Assembly (NCBI RefSeq): GCF_905200055.1
Contig: NZ_CAJKIS010000005.1
Span: 12,192-76,191, forward strand
From: an uncultured Fusobacterium sp.
Lineage (GTDB): Bacteria > Fusobacteriota > Fusobacteriia > Fusobacteriales > Fusobacteriaceae
Length of the DNA stretch: 64,000 nt
Reading direction: 5' to 3'
Shown: piece by piece, positions 1 to 9,572 of the stretch
Layout of the letters: every line of letters begins with the position of its first letter
Numbering within the stretch: position 1 is the stretch's first letter
Notes under the pieces: model-generated
The model's input: only the letters and a program-made list of their open reading frames with translations
Database searches by the model: none
Told to the model about the DNA's origin: nothing
Translations under genes and position numbers: made by a program

Positions 1-383
1 ATCATCTTCTTTAATATTCTTTATCTCTTCTAACAATCTTACTATATTCTCTTGACTTATCTTAGGAGATTTTCCAGCTACTTCACTCTCTTTTTTTTCT
101 GTTTTTAGTTTTAAATTTATTCTTGTATTCTCTTCTAGCTCTATAAATTTTTCACTTATATTACAATTTTTTAGATCATTTTTTATAAAACTACCTGTAA
201 AACCACCAATAAAACCAAGAGCTATACTATCTTTTCCAAAGTTTTTTAAAACCTTAGAAACATTTATTCCCTTTCCTCCTGCTAAAGTATATCCCTCTTC
301 TGCTGTATTTAAACTTCCTTCAACAAACTCTTTCATTACAACATAATAATCAACAGCAGGATTTAAAGTTAATGTATAGATCA
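1..383 (-). CDS. fruK: 1-phosphofructokinase / PfkB-family sugar kinase, N-terminal ~127 codons; gene runs off the left edge
   Basis: Reverse-strand translation from the ATG at 381-383 gives MIYTLTLNPAVDYYVVMKEF...GKGINVS, a PfkB-family N-terminus. Its start overlaps the stop of the upstream DeoR gene (ATGA), typical of fruR-fruK. Confidence 0.7.
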
Positions 384-1118
384 TCTTTTCTCCTCCTTTC
401 CATTAATAATCTTTTCTAATTCTTTTGGAATATTTCCATCTGTTATCAATATTCCATCTTCTAATGATGCAAAGTTCATAAAACTATTTTCCTTAAACTT
501 TGAACTATCACAAAGAAAATAAACTTTTTTACTTCTTTTAATTGCTTCACTTTTTACTATTACCTCTTCAGGATCTGGAGTTGAATATCCATCAGCTGTT
601 ATTCCATTAGCACCTATAAAAGCTATATCAAAATTATAATTTTTTAAAGAGATTACTGCTGTTGCTCCAACTGTTGCCCCTGTTTTTAACTTTACCTTTC
701 CACCTATTATATAAGCTTCCACTCCTGCTTTTGTTAACTCTTCTATGTGGGTAAAACCATTTGTTACCACTTTTATATCCTCTTTTTCTTTCAGATATTT
801 TATTACACTCTCTGTTGTACTTCCAGCATCTAAATAGATAATATCTCCATTTTTTATCAATGCAGCAGCTTTTTTTCCTATAATATCTTTTTCTTCAGAG
901 TATACCATCTTTTTATAAACAATATCCTCTTCCTTATTCTCCACTAATACTGCTCCACCATGTACTCTTTTTATTTTTCCTTTTTCCTCTAAAAAGTTCA
1001 GATCTCTTCTAACTGTTGCTTCTGAGACTTTTAGTTCTTCTATCAATTCATTTAACTTTATGTTTTTTTTATTTTTTATAAGTTCTAATATAGTATTGTA
1101 TCTTTGGATATTTAACAT
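381..1118 (-). CDS. DeoR-family transcriptional repressor (FruR-like)
   Basis: 245 aa with an N-terminal DeoR HTH (LNELIEELKVSEATVRRDLNFLEE) and a C-terminal sugar-phosphate sensor domain. Translationally coupled to the pfkB gene. Confidence 0.8.
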   Translation of the reverse strand: MLNIQRYNTILELIKNKKNIKLNELIEELKVSEATVRRDLNFLEEKGKIKRVHGGAVLVENKEEDIVYKKMVYSEEKDIIGKKAAALIKNGDIIYLDAGSTTESVIKYLKEKEDIKVVTNGFTHIEELTKAGVEAYIIGGKVKLKTGATVGATAVISLKNYNFDIAFIGANGITADGYSTPDPEEVIVKSEAIKRSKKVYFLCDSSKFKENSFMNFASLEDGILITDGNIPKELEKIINGKEEKR

Positions 1119-1322
1119 TTTTTCTACCCCCTCTCCTATTAATTGTATAATATCACTTTTCTTTCAAAAAATCAATCATTTTCTTTCAAAAACTTTAATT
1201 TTCTTGCAAGTAATTTTTTAATTATTTTCAAATAATATCTATTTTTTTATCTTTAATTTCTTTTTTCCTTGTAAAAAATATCAAAAAATAAAAAGGAATC
1301 GACCTAAGCCAATTCCATTTTA

Positions 1323-2660
1323 TTAATCTTTTTTATCAATTATCTCTTTTGCTAGTTTAATTAATATCTCTTTTTTATTTAATTCAGAATCTTCTAAAAC
1401 TCTTTCAAATATAAGTTTTAATACTACTCCAACTTCCCTTCCTTGAGATACTCCAAGTTCGATAATATCTTTCCCACTAATTTTTAGATCTTTTACACTC
1501 ACAGCTTCATCTTTTTCTATAATCTCATTATATAATCTTTTTAATTCATTCAATGATCTAAAATCATGTGGTGGAGTATGAGCGATTCGATCAAATTCCA
1601 TCAACTTAAATAATTTTAAAACTTGATCTTTTCCCATCTCATTAATAAGCTTTTTTACATATTTTCTTCCACAATTTTTAAAAGTATTTAGATGATAGAG
1701 AACAAGATTTCTTATATTATCACTTATCTTTGTAGAATATTTCATCCTTTTTAAAATACTCTCTGCTATCTTAGCACTTTCAATCTCGTGGTTATAAAAA
1801 TGCCCTTTTCCTTCAATGTCTAATGTAAATGTTTGTGGTTTTCCAATATCGTGTAAAAGAGCTGCCATTCTTAATTCTAAATCTTGATTACATAGAGAAA
1901 CAACTTTTTTTATATGCTCGTCTACTGTTAAATAGTGATGATGATTTTTCTGATCAAATCCTATTGTTGCACTCCACTCTGGAATAATATATTCTAATAC
2001 CCCACTTTTTTCTAAAATTTCCAAAGCCTTGTCTATGTCTTTAGAAAGGATTATCTTATTAAACTCATCTCTTATTCTCTCCATTGAAATTTTATCCAAA
2101 AGATATAGATAATCTTTCAATTTTTCTATTTTAAAAGCACTCTCTAAATTTTTAGTAGCTAAAAATCTAATAAATCTCATTATTCTTAATGGATCCTCTT
2201 TAATTCTTTCAATAGGATCTCCTACAAATCTAAGAGTTTTATTTTTTAAATCTTCCTCTGCTCCCTCAACATATTTGAAATTTTTTCCATCATAGGCTAT
2301 TGCATTAATAGTGAAATCTCTTCTTTTCAAATCTTCCATTATATTATTAGTAAACTCTATCTCTTGCTTTTTTCTATCCTCTGGAACGCCAATATCTTTT
2401 CTATATTTTGCTATCTCATAAGCTTTTCCATTGTAAATTATTTGAATAATTCCAAAATGTTTTCCTATCTCTTTAGGTGAATAATCTTTAAATATCTCTA
2501 AAAGTTTACTGTACTCTAAATTGGTAACAAAATCACAATCACTTGGCTCAATTCCTAAAAGTGAATCTCTTACATATCCACCAACTATATATCCCTCTCC
2601 ATATTTTTGAAGTATCTCTAATATCTCTTTTTCATCTTTAGATAGATTTATCTTTTCCAT
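1323..2660 (-). CDS. cca: CCA-adding tRNA nucleotidyltransferase with HD domain
   Basis: 445 aa. N-terminal GGYVRDSLLG...DCDF polymerase-beta nucleotidyltransferase motif and a C-terminal HD motif (LLHDIGK). Confidence 0.8.
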   Translation of the reverse strand: MEKINLSKDEKEILEILQKYGEGYIVGGYVRDSLLGIEPSDCDFVTNLEYSKLLEIFKDYSPKEIGKHFGIIQIIYNGKAYEIAKYRKDIGVPEDRKKQEIEFTNNIMEDLKRRDFTINAIAYDGKNFKYVEGAEEDLKNKTLRFVGDPIERIKEDPLRIMRFIRFLATKNLESAFKIEKLKDYLYLLDKISMERIRDEFNKIILSKDIDKALEILEKSGVLEYIIPEWSATIGFDQKNHHHYLTVDEHIKKVVSLCNQDLELRMAALLHDIGKPQTFTLDIEGKGHFYNHEIESAKIAESILKRMKYSTKISDNIRNLVLYHLNTFKNCGRKYVKKLINEMGKDQVLKLFKLMEFDRIAHTPPHDFRSLNELKRLYNEIIEKDEAVSVKDLKISGKDIIELGVSQGREVGVVLKLIFERVLEDSELNKKEILIKLAKEIIDKKD

Positions 2661-2682
2661 ATTTTTATCCTCAATTAAAATT

Positions 2683-3267
2683 TTAATTTTTATCTCTATG
2701 TTTTATCTTACATATTCCTTGAGTTATTGTTCCCATAGGACAATATACGCACCAAGTTCTTGGTCTAAAGACAAGCATAGTTATAAATCCTATAATACTT
2801 GATGTCAGCATAATACTATACATTCCAAAAGCAAACTGAGCTATCCACGGGGAAAGATTTGTATTTTTATAAGCAAATCCCCATGGAATTTTAAAGTTCC
2901 ATAAAATTGTCACTATCTCTTTTAACTCCTTCTCTCCCAAAAATACTTTAAAAGTTGTAATAAGCATTAAAACAAACATTGTCATAAAAAACATAAGAAA
3001 TCCATATCTAAACCAAGTTGATGATAAAAATAGAGGTGGTTTTCTATTTTTAGAAAGTTTCAGATCCTTTCCAAGAAGATTAAATAACTGCCCTTTTCCA
3101 CAGAAATGGTTACAGAACAGTTTATCCCCTCCAAATAGAGCAATAATAAGAGGGACAGCAAACTCAATAACCCCTAACCAAGCAAAAAAGATATTATAAA
3201 CTCCTAGTATAAGATATAAAATAGAATAAACCCATAAATAATCATACCAATGTTTTTTTCTAATCAT
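2683..3267 (-). CDS. Polytopic membrane protein with CxxxC/CxxC motifs (putative 4Fe-4S-binding, NapH-like)
   Basis: 194 aa with several TM helices and CNHFCGKG plus WCVYCPMG motifs. Overlaps the ferredoxin gene by 8 nt, suggesting co-translation. Confidence 0.4.
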   Translation of the reverse strand: MIRKKHWYDYLWVYSILYLILGVYNIFFAWLGVIEFAVPLIIALFGGDKLFCNHFCGKGQLFNLLGKDLKLSKNRKPPLFLSSTWFRYGFLMFFMTMFVLMLITTFKVFLGEKELKEIVTILWNFKIPWGFAYKNTNLSPWIAQFAFGMYSIMLTSSIIGFITMLVFRPRTWCVYCPMGTITQGICKIKHRDKN

Positions 3268-3463
3268 TTTTTATCCTTTCAACTCTCTCAATTATTCCAG
3301 CAGGGCAAATATTTGCACATAATCCACAACCAACACACAAATTTATATCTACAACAGATTTTATACCATTTTTTACTTTTATTGCCTCTCTTGGACATAC
3401 ATTTTCACATGCTCCACAGGCAACACAATTTTTTCCAACTTTAACTATAAATTTACTTAACAT
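3260..3463 (-). CDS. 2x[4Fe-4S] ferredoxin
   Basis: 67 aa with two CxxCxxCxxxCP motifs (CVACGACENVCP, CVGCGLCANICP). Confidence 0.85.
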   Translation of the reverse strand: MLSKFIVKVGKNCVACGACENVCPREAIKVKNGIKSVVDINLCVGCGLCANICPAGIIERVERIKND

Positions 3464-3485
3464 ATTTCTCCTAAATTTTTTTTAA

Positions 3486-4391
3486 TTAATTTATCTCATC
3501 AAAAAAATCACTATCTATCTTTTTTATTTCATATATATTTTCAACAGATACTCCAATATTATATTCTATCATTAATTTTGCTAACTCCATACCATCTATC
3601 AAAACAATTTTTGCAGTATGTTGTTTTTGAGAATACTCTATAGCTCCATCAGAAAATTTTGCAGTTGTTATAAATAAACCTTTACTTGCTCCTTGCCCTG
3701 CTAATGCTCCTACAAATTTTTGTATCTCTGGTCTACTCACTGTAGAATCTTTATCCCATTTTTTTGCTTGAATATATATTGAATCAAAACCTAGTTTATC
3801 TTGATTGATTATTCCATCAATTCCCTCATCATTAGTTCTCTTAGTTACTTTTCCAGAATTTTTAAAAGTTCCGTAACCTATTTTTTGTAATAATTTAACA
3901 ACTAAATTTTCGAAAAAATATGGTGTTTGTCTTATTACCTCTTCTAAAATCTCCTCTTGTAAAATTCTATTTATCTCATTAAAAGATTTCTCAAATATAT
4001 CTTGTAGAGTTTCCTCTTCAACTATTTCAATTTTTTCATTTTCTTGAATTTTCTTAGGATTTATAAATTCATTAAATTCAGGATATTTTTTAAGAGTTTC
4101 GTTATCAATTTTTTCTGGATTTGTTGCTAAAAGATCTAATCCTCTTTGAGTTATTTTAATTACTCCCCTTTTAGTAGCTTCTAATAATTTAGCCTTTTTT
4201 AAATAAACAACAGTCCAATTTAAAGTAGTATTATATACGTTCCCTCCACTTTCTAAAGTTTTTTTCCTCTCTCCAATAGATATATTTAATTTATTAGCTA
4301 CTATTTCTCTATACTCTTTTGTTGTATATTCTTTTTGATTTTTTATTGTTTCAAGTACTTCTTTATACATTTCATTATACTTAGGTATCAT
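3486..4391 (-). CDS. mrr: Mrr-family restriction endonuclease (Mrr_N winged helix + Mrr_cat PD-(D/E)xK)
   Basis: 301 aa. The C-terminus DGIINQDKLGFDSIYIQAKKW...GLFITTAKFSDGAIEY...LIDGMELAKLMIEYNIGV matches the Mrr catalytic domain. Confidence 0.75.
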   Translation of the reverse strand: MIPKYNEMYKEVLETIKNQKEYTTKEYREIVANKLNISIGERKKTLESGGNVYNTTLNWTVVYLKKAKLLEATKRGVIKITQRGLDLLATNPEKIDNETLKKYPEFNEFINPKKIQENEKIEIVEEETLQDIFEKSFNEINRILQEEILEEVIRQTPYFFENLVVKLLQKIGYGTFKNSGKVTKRTNDEGIDGIINQDKLGFDSIYIQAKKWDKDSTVSRPEIQKFVGALAGQGASKGLFITTAKFSDGAIEYSQKQHTAKIVLIDGMELAKLMIEYNIGVSVENIYEIKKIDSDFFDEIN

Positions 4392-4467
4392 TTTTTTCTC
4401 CCTATATAATACTTTTATTTTCTACATAATATTATTTTTATCTTATCTCCCATTAAGATAAATATTT

Positions 4468-5202
4468 TTATGCCTCTATATCACAATACTTTATAAAAGT
4501 TTCAAATATTTTTTTCATATCCTGGTTTCCTCTAGCAGTCATCATTTCAGGATGCCATTGAATACCATAAAGAAATTTATGATCTTTCTTCTGAAAAGCC
4601 TCTACTATTCCATCATTTGCTTTGGCTATAACTGTTAGCCCTTCCCCTAATCTATCAACACTTTGATGATGAAAAGAGTTAGTTGCCACTTTATCTCCAT
4701 AAAGTTTAGCTAACATATTATCCTTTTCCACTATATTTACAATATGTGTTGCTAATTCCGGATATAACTCTTGTCCATGTTTTAAATAATCTTTTCCATA
4801 ATATCTCATATCTTGAAACAATGTCCCATTAAAATATATATTTATAAGCTGATGTCCCCTACAAATTCCAAGAATAGGTTTTCCTGTTTTCAAAAACTCT
4901 TCCAATATTATCATTTCACACTCATCTCTTTCTGGTGAAATTATTCCTATCCCCTCTTTAAAATCTTGTCCATATAAAAATGGATTTATGTCAGCACCTC
5001 CTGACAAAATAAGTCCATCTATTAACTCTAATTGTGCTTTTATTATCTCTCTATCTTTTGTAACTGGAATAACTAGAGGAATCCCTCCACTTACTACAAC
5101 TGATTTAGTATAATCTATACTTACAGTGGTTCTATGATAATTTCTTAATCCCTCTTCCTTTTCATATGCCGATGTGATTCCTATTATAGGTTTTTTTATC
5201 AT
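4468..5202 (-). CDS. Class I glutamine amidotransferase-like hydrolase (peptidase C26, gamma-glutamyl-GABA hydrolase family)
   Basis: 244 aa with GICRGHQL (Cys nucleophile) and an HH..S motif near the C-terminus. Confidence 0.7.
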   Translation of the reverse strand: MIKKPIIGITSAYEKEEGLRNYHRTTVSIDYTKSVVVSGGIPLVIPVTKDREIIKAQLELIDGLILSGGADINPFLYGQDFKEGIGIISPERDECEMIILEEFLKTGKPILGICRGHQLINIYFNGTLFQDMRYYGKDYLKHGQELYPELATHIVNIVEKDNMLAKLYGDKVATNSFHHQSVDRLGEGLTVIAKANDGIVEAFQKKDHKFLYGIQWHPEMMTARGNQDMKKIFETFIKYCDIEA

Positions 5203-5351
5203 AAAAATCCCCCCTATTTTAATGTCTATATAGTATATTTATATTTAATTTTACTACTTTTTTTATACCTAAATCAACTATTATTTTGTTATCAAAAATT
5301 AAAAAAGAAGTTGAAATTTAATTTTTATTAAATCTCAACTTCTTACTTTTA

Positions 5352-5909
5352 TTATAGACTATCTCTTGAAATTATAAATTCTACTCTTCTATTTTTAGCT
5401 CTTCCTGCTGCTGTTGCATTATTAGCTATAGGATTTTGTTTTCCATATCCTTCAATAGAGATATTTGAACTTTTAACTCCTCTATCCACAAGATAATTTC
5501 TTATAGATTTTGCTCTTTTTACTGATAGTTCTAAGTTATACCCTTCACTTCCAATAAAATCAGTATATCCATCTATTTTTATTCTTATATCTGGGTTTTC
5601 CTCCAATGCTTTTGCCAAAGTATTTAAACTTCCTTTAACTTTATTTTTAACTTCATATTTATTGAAATCAAAAAGTACTAATTCAGGCATTGAAAGCACA
5701 AGGTTATTTCCCTCTTTTCTAATAGTTACTCCCTCTTCATTAAATACTATAAGCTCTTCTAAAGTCTTTTTAGAAACATCAATATCTTCCATTACAAATT
5801 GATTTTCAGTTTCTGTTATTACCATCTCTTTCATTGGTTTTTCTGCTGATGTACATCCTGTTAATGCAATGATGGCTGCTGCTGATAATAAAATTAAGCT
5901 CTTTTTCAT
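5352..5909 (-). CDS. OmpA-family lipoprotein (OmpA/MotB C-terminal domain)
   Basis: Lipobox signal MKKSLILLSAAAIIALTGCTS. OmpA_C motif IDGYTDFIGSEGYNLELSVKRAKSIRNYL. Confidence 0.8.
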   Translation of the reverse strand: MKKSLILLSAAAIIALTGCTSAEKPMKEMVITETENQFVMEDIDVSKKTLEELIVFNEEGVTIRKEGNNLVLSMPELVLFDFNKYEVKNKVKGSLNTLAKALEENPDIRIKIDGYTDFIGSEGYNLELSVKRAKSIRNYLVDRGVKSSNISIEGYGKQNPIANNATAAGRAKNRRVEFIISRDSL

Positions 5910-5930
5910 TTTTCCTCCTCTAATAATAAA

Positions 5931-7091
5931 TTAGAAAATAACAAACATTACATTTTCACTAGGAACTTGTTCATTTCTATTCTTATTAGGATTTTTTACC
6001 ATCCATTCAAATAGATATTTTGCATGTGGTTCTGTTGTTCTTATACATTTTCTTGTTCCTGTAAATGTCCCAAGTGTTTTTTCTTTTGCTCTCATAAAGA
6101 ACTCTCTATTTGTTTCTTCTTCATAATTTATAGGAGTTCCGTGAAGATATCCCCCACCAGAAAATCTAATAGCATATCTAGCATACCCTTGTTTCTCTCC
6201 TACTTCACTATTATATGGCATAATATATTTTGCCATAGGTGCTATAAAGAAACCTTTTGGTGTTTCAAATCCTAGTTCACTTTCTATACCAGTTTTACTA
6301 TAAACATATGATACAACTTCCCAAACATCATTATTCTTTTCAAAAACAATCATATTTTGATTTTCTATATCAATAGCAATAACTTTTCTAAAATTTTTAC
6401 TTATTTTAGGATTTCTTGATATTCTTTTATTTTCAATTACTAAAGGTTCTTTGATAGACGCTACTTTTACTTTTGAAGTTGTTGCTCCTTTTTCTAAAAT
6501 TGATAATACTGATCTATCTGGAACAAATATTCTTTCATCACCATAGTAACCAACTATATTTTGATCTAATGAAGTTCCATATTTATCTTTCTCTCTTTTA
6601 AAATTAACATTATTAGGATTTGGTACATAAGAGTTTGTACTTACTACCTCTCTTCCCTCTTCCATTTCTGTAACTATAAATTTTTCAAGCTCTTTTATCT
6701 TATCAAGTGCTTTCTCAAATCTAAACATTCTCTTTCTTACAACTGTTGAAGATATGTATCCCACTTCTCCTGTTGTAGATTTTACCTTATACCAATAATT
6801 TCCATAATCATATATTTTTTCTAAAGCTATAAGTTTAGTATCATAGTTAAATTTTTTAATAACTTTAGATTTAGTATTTGGTTGTTCTCTTAAATTTGCA
6901 GTTCTAGTTCTAACAAAAACATAATCTAAAACTTTTGGATGTCCACCAGAATACTTTTCATTTAAAATAACCCCATCTGCTATTTCATTATCATATGTAG
7001 CAACAGTTGTCCATTTCTGTTCTCCTTCAAATCCGAATACTGTTGTTCCTACAACGAATAATGAAATTAATAATGATTTTATAAATTTCAT
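5931..7091 (-). CDS. L,D-transpeptidase (YkuD domain) with N-terminal SH3b domain
   Basis: YkuD motif LHGTP...GTRKCIRT. SH3b-like ANLREQPNTKSKVIKKF...YWYKV. The start was trimmed to MKFIKSLLISLFVV (signal peptide); the ORF-track start at 7154 is probably too early. Confidence 0.7.
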   Translation of the reverse strand: MKFIKSLLISLFVVGTTVFGFEGEQKWTTVATYDNEIADGVILNEKYSGGHPKVLDYVFVRTRTANLREQPNTKSKVIKKFNYDTKLIALEKIYDYGNYWYKVKSTTGEVGYISSTVVRKRMFRFEKALDKIKELEKFIVTEMEEGREVVSTNSYVPNPNNVNFKREKDKYGTSLDQNIVGYYGDERIFVPDRSVLSILEKGATTSKVKVASIKEPLVIENKRISRNPKISKNFRKVIAIDIENQNMIVFEKNNDVWEVVSYVYSKTGIESELGFETPKGFFIAPMAKYIMPYNSEVGEKQGYARYAIRFSGGGYLHGTPINYEEETNREFFMRAKEKTLGTFTGTRKCIRTTEPHAKYLFEWMVKNPNKNRNEQVPSENVMFVIF

Positions 7092-7216
7092 TTTCCTCAC
7101 CCTATCTTTTTTTCCTCTCAAATAAAAAGAGAGCCTTGAATGATATTTTAACACTAAATCAAATTTGATTCAAGTATTTTTCATCCAATGCTCTCTAAAT
7201 GCTACACCATTTTATA

Positions 7217-8011
7217 TTATTTTTTTACCATTCCTCTAGCAACCATTTCTTTTACTATAAATGTTGCTACGTCATCAGCATATTTTCCAGGTCCAAATCC
7301 TGCATCATATCCTAACTCTTTTGCTAAATCGTTAGTAATTCTTGCTCCTCCAGCTATTAAGATAACTTTGTCTCTTAATCCTTCAGCTTCAAGAAGTTCA
7401 ACTAAGTTAGTTAAGTTATGAATATGAACATCTTTTTGAGTTACAGTTTGAGAAACTATTAGAGCATCTGCTTTTAATTCAATAGCTTTTTGAATAAACT
7501 CTTCATTTGTTACTTGGCTTCCTAGGTTATAAGCTTCTACACCTTTATATCTTTCTAGTCCATAGTGTCCAGCATAACCTTTCATATTCATTATAGCATC
7601 AATTCCAACAGTATGAGCGTCAGTACCTGTACTTGCTCCTATCATAACAACTGGTCTTCCTATATTTTCAGCAATATACTCTTCACATTCATGCATATCC
7701 ATAGTATCTATTTCAAGAGCTTGAACTTTAATAGCTGTATAATCTACAGTATGAGTTGTAGCTCCATATACTACATAGAATGAGAATTCTTTATCTAGTG
7801 CTTCTGAGAAAGCTACTGCTGGATCTTTAAATCCCATTTTTCTAGCTAATTGAAGAGCAGCTTCTACACCTTTTTCATTATTTGGTACTGGTAAAGTAAA
7901 ACTCATTTGTACTTTACCGTCGTTCATTGTATCCCCATATGGCTTTAATTGTGTAAGATCAAGTGTTTTATCAAAATCTTTTTTATCAGTAGAATATAAA
8001 CCTCCAGACAT
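7217..8011 (-). CDS. kamE: D-lysine 5,6-aminomutase beta subunit (B12-binding)
   Basis: 264 aa with the B12-binding DxHxxG motif (GTDAHTVGIDAI). Sits at the end of the lysine fermentation operon and overlaps kamD by 1 nt. Confidence 0.85.
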   Translation of the reverse strand: MSGGLYSTDKKDFDKTLDLTQLKPYGDTMNDGKVQMSFTLPVPNNEKGVEAALQLARKMGFKDPAVAFSEALDKEFSFYVVYGATTHTVDYTAIKVQALEIDTMDMHECEEYIAENIGRPVVMIGASTGTDAHTVGIDAIMNMKGYAGHYGLERYKGVEAYNLGSQVTNEEFIQKAIELKADALIVSQTVTQKDVHIHNLTNLVELLEAEGLRDKVILIAGGARITNDLAKELGYDAGFGPGKYADDVATFIVKEMVARGMVKK

Positions 8012-9567
8012 TATCTATTACCTCCAAGCATTAATTCTATAAATGGATTAAAGTAACTAGAATCTTTTTCAAATACTCCAGCAAGTCCTTTTCCTCCATC
8101 TAATGGTCTTTTTATACCAGCAAAAATTCCACCTTCAAGAGTCTTGAATATTCCAATTCCTTCTATTGTTTTTAATAGTTCAGTTGCTTTTTCAAGAACC
8201 TCTTTAGCTCTATTTACCATAATTCCATCTTTTTTGAATTCTATATCGTTTCCAAAGTCTTCCATGTTATTGAAGATATATTTAGCATTTTCAATTGAAA
8301 GAGCTCTGTCTGACATAAATGGAGTATGGATTGCTTCTGTCAACATTCCTAATAAGTGAACTTTTTGGTTTGTCATAATAGTTACCATGTTGAATAAAGC
8401 ATCTTGTACATGTCCTTTAAATATATTTCCTGTCATGAATTTTGTAGGTGGCATATATTTTAGAGGAGCTTTAGGGAAGATTTCTCTTGCCATTTGAGCT
8501 TGAGCTAATTCAAATAGGAATCCATTTTTTGTATCTGGATGCATTTCAAATGCGTGTCCAAGTCCCATTTGTTCTTCTGGTAATCCAGCAACTAGAGCAA
8601 ATTGTTCATTGATAAATTGAGAAGCTAATACTGTATGAGCTTCTTCGATAGCATCAGCAGTAGTTAGGTAGTTATCTTCTCCAGTATTGATAATAACTCC
8701 TGCAAATCCGTTGATTACTCTTGAGAAGAATTGGTCAATAAGAGTTCTCTTCATGTTAATATCTCTAAATAGAATTCCGTATAGAGCATCGTTTAACATC
8801 ATATCTAGTCTTTCAAGAGCTCCCATTGCAGCTATTTCTGGCATACAAAGTCCTGAACAGTAGTTACATAGTCTAATATATCTTTTTAATTCTACTCCAA
8901 CTTCATCAAGAGCACTTCTCATGATTCTGAAGTTTTCTTGAGTAGCCATTGTTCCTCCGAATCCTTCAGTAGTAGCTCCATATGGAACATAGTCTAGTAA
9001 TGATTGTCCAGTAGTTCTGATAACTGCTATTACGTCAGCTCCTTGTCTAGCTGCAGCAACTGCTTGAGTTACGTCTTCATAAATATTTCCTGTAGCAACG
9101 ATTACATAAATGTAAGGACCTTTTTTATCTCCATATACATTTAGATATTCTTCTCTTTTTGCTCTGTTTGTTTTAATTCTTTCTACTGTTCCAATAGCTA
9201 TTTCTTTAAGAGCTAATTTAATATCAAAGTCATCATGCCATTTCATTTTAGTGATATCTAATTCTTTATTAGCTACTTTTTCAGCTATTTCTTGAGGTTT
9301 TAAACCTGTTTCAAGCATTGCATTTCCTAAATATTTTGCAACTCCAAGAGAAAGGTTTCCATTTTCTTTAATGAAATCTACTACCACGTTTGGTAATGGT
9401 ACATCGAATTCATCTACTCCATCTATCCCTAATAGTCTGCATATTGTTCTTTCTACTGTCACAGTACTGTGAGCATCAATGAAAACTTGTGCATCTGCAG
9501 CTATTTTTTTAGCTGAAGCACGTGCTTCATCTACTAAATTCCAGTTAAGATTTAGTTTGCTAGTCAT
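8011..9567 (-). CDS. kamD: D-lysine 5,6-aminomutase alpha subunit
   Basis: 518 aa, the typical length. Placed between the MutS-like ORF and kamE. Confidence 0.8.
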   Translation of the reverse strand: MTSKLNLNWNLVDEARASAKKIAADAQVFIDAHSTVTVERTICRLLGIDGVDEFDVPLPNVVVDFIKENGNLSLGVAKYLGNAMLETGLKPQEIAEKVANKELDITKMKWHDDFDIKLALKEIAIGTVERIKTNRAKREEYLNVYGDKKGPYIYVIVATGNIYEDVTQAVAAARQGADVIAVIRTTGQSLLDYVPYGATTEGFGGTMATQENFRIMRSALDEVGVELKRYIRLCNYCSGLCMPEIAAMGALERLDMMLNDALYGILFRDINMKRTLIDQFFSRVINGFAGVIINTGEDNYLTTADAIEEAHTVLASQFINEQFALVAGLPEEQMGLGHAFEMHPDTKNGFLFELAQAQMAREIFPKAPLKYMPPTKFMTGNIFKGHVQDALFNMVTIMTNQKVHLLGMLTEAIHTPFMSDRALSIENAKYIFNNMEDFGNDIEFKKDGIMVNRAKEVLEKATELLKTIEGIGIFKTLEGGIFAGIKRPLDGGKGLAGVFEKDSSYFNPFIELMLGGNR

Positions 9568-9572
9568 CTTTT

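Noticed and set aside
3250-3444. 64-aa plus-strand ORF overlapping the ferredoxin gene
   Set aside because: Lies antisense inside a well-supported ferredoxin CDS. Low-complexity H/L/Q-rich translation. No RBS.
6024-6275. 83-aa plus-strand ORF inside the L,D-transpeptidase gene
   Set aside because: Antisense to a clearly conserved CDS. Cys/Phe/Ser-rich AT-skew artefact.
7188-8359. Plus-strand ORFs (77, 72, 71 aa) inside kamE/kamD
   Set aside because: Antisense shadows of the aminomutase genes.
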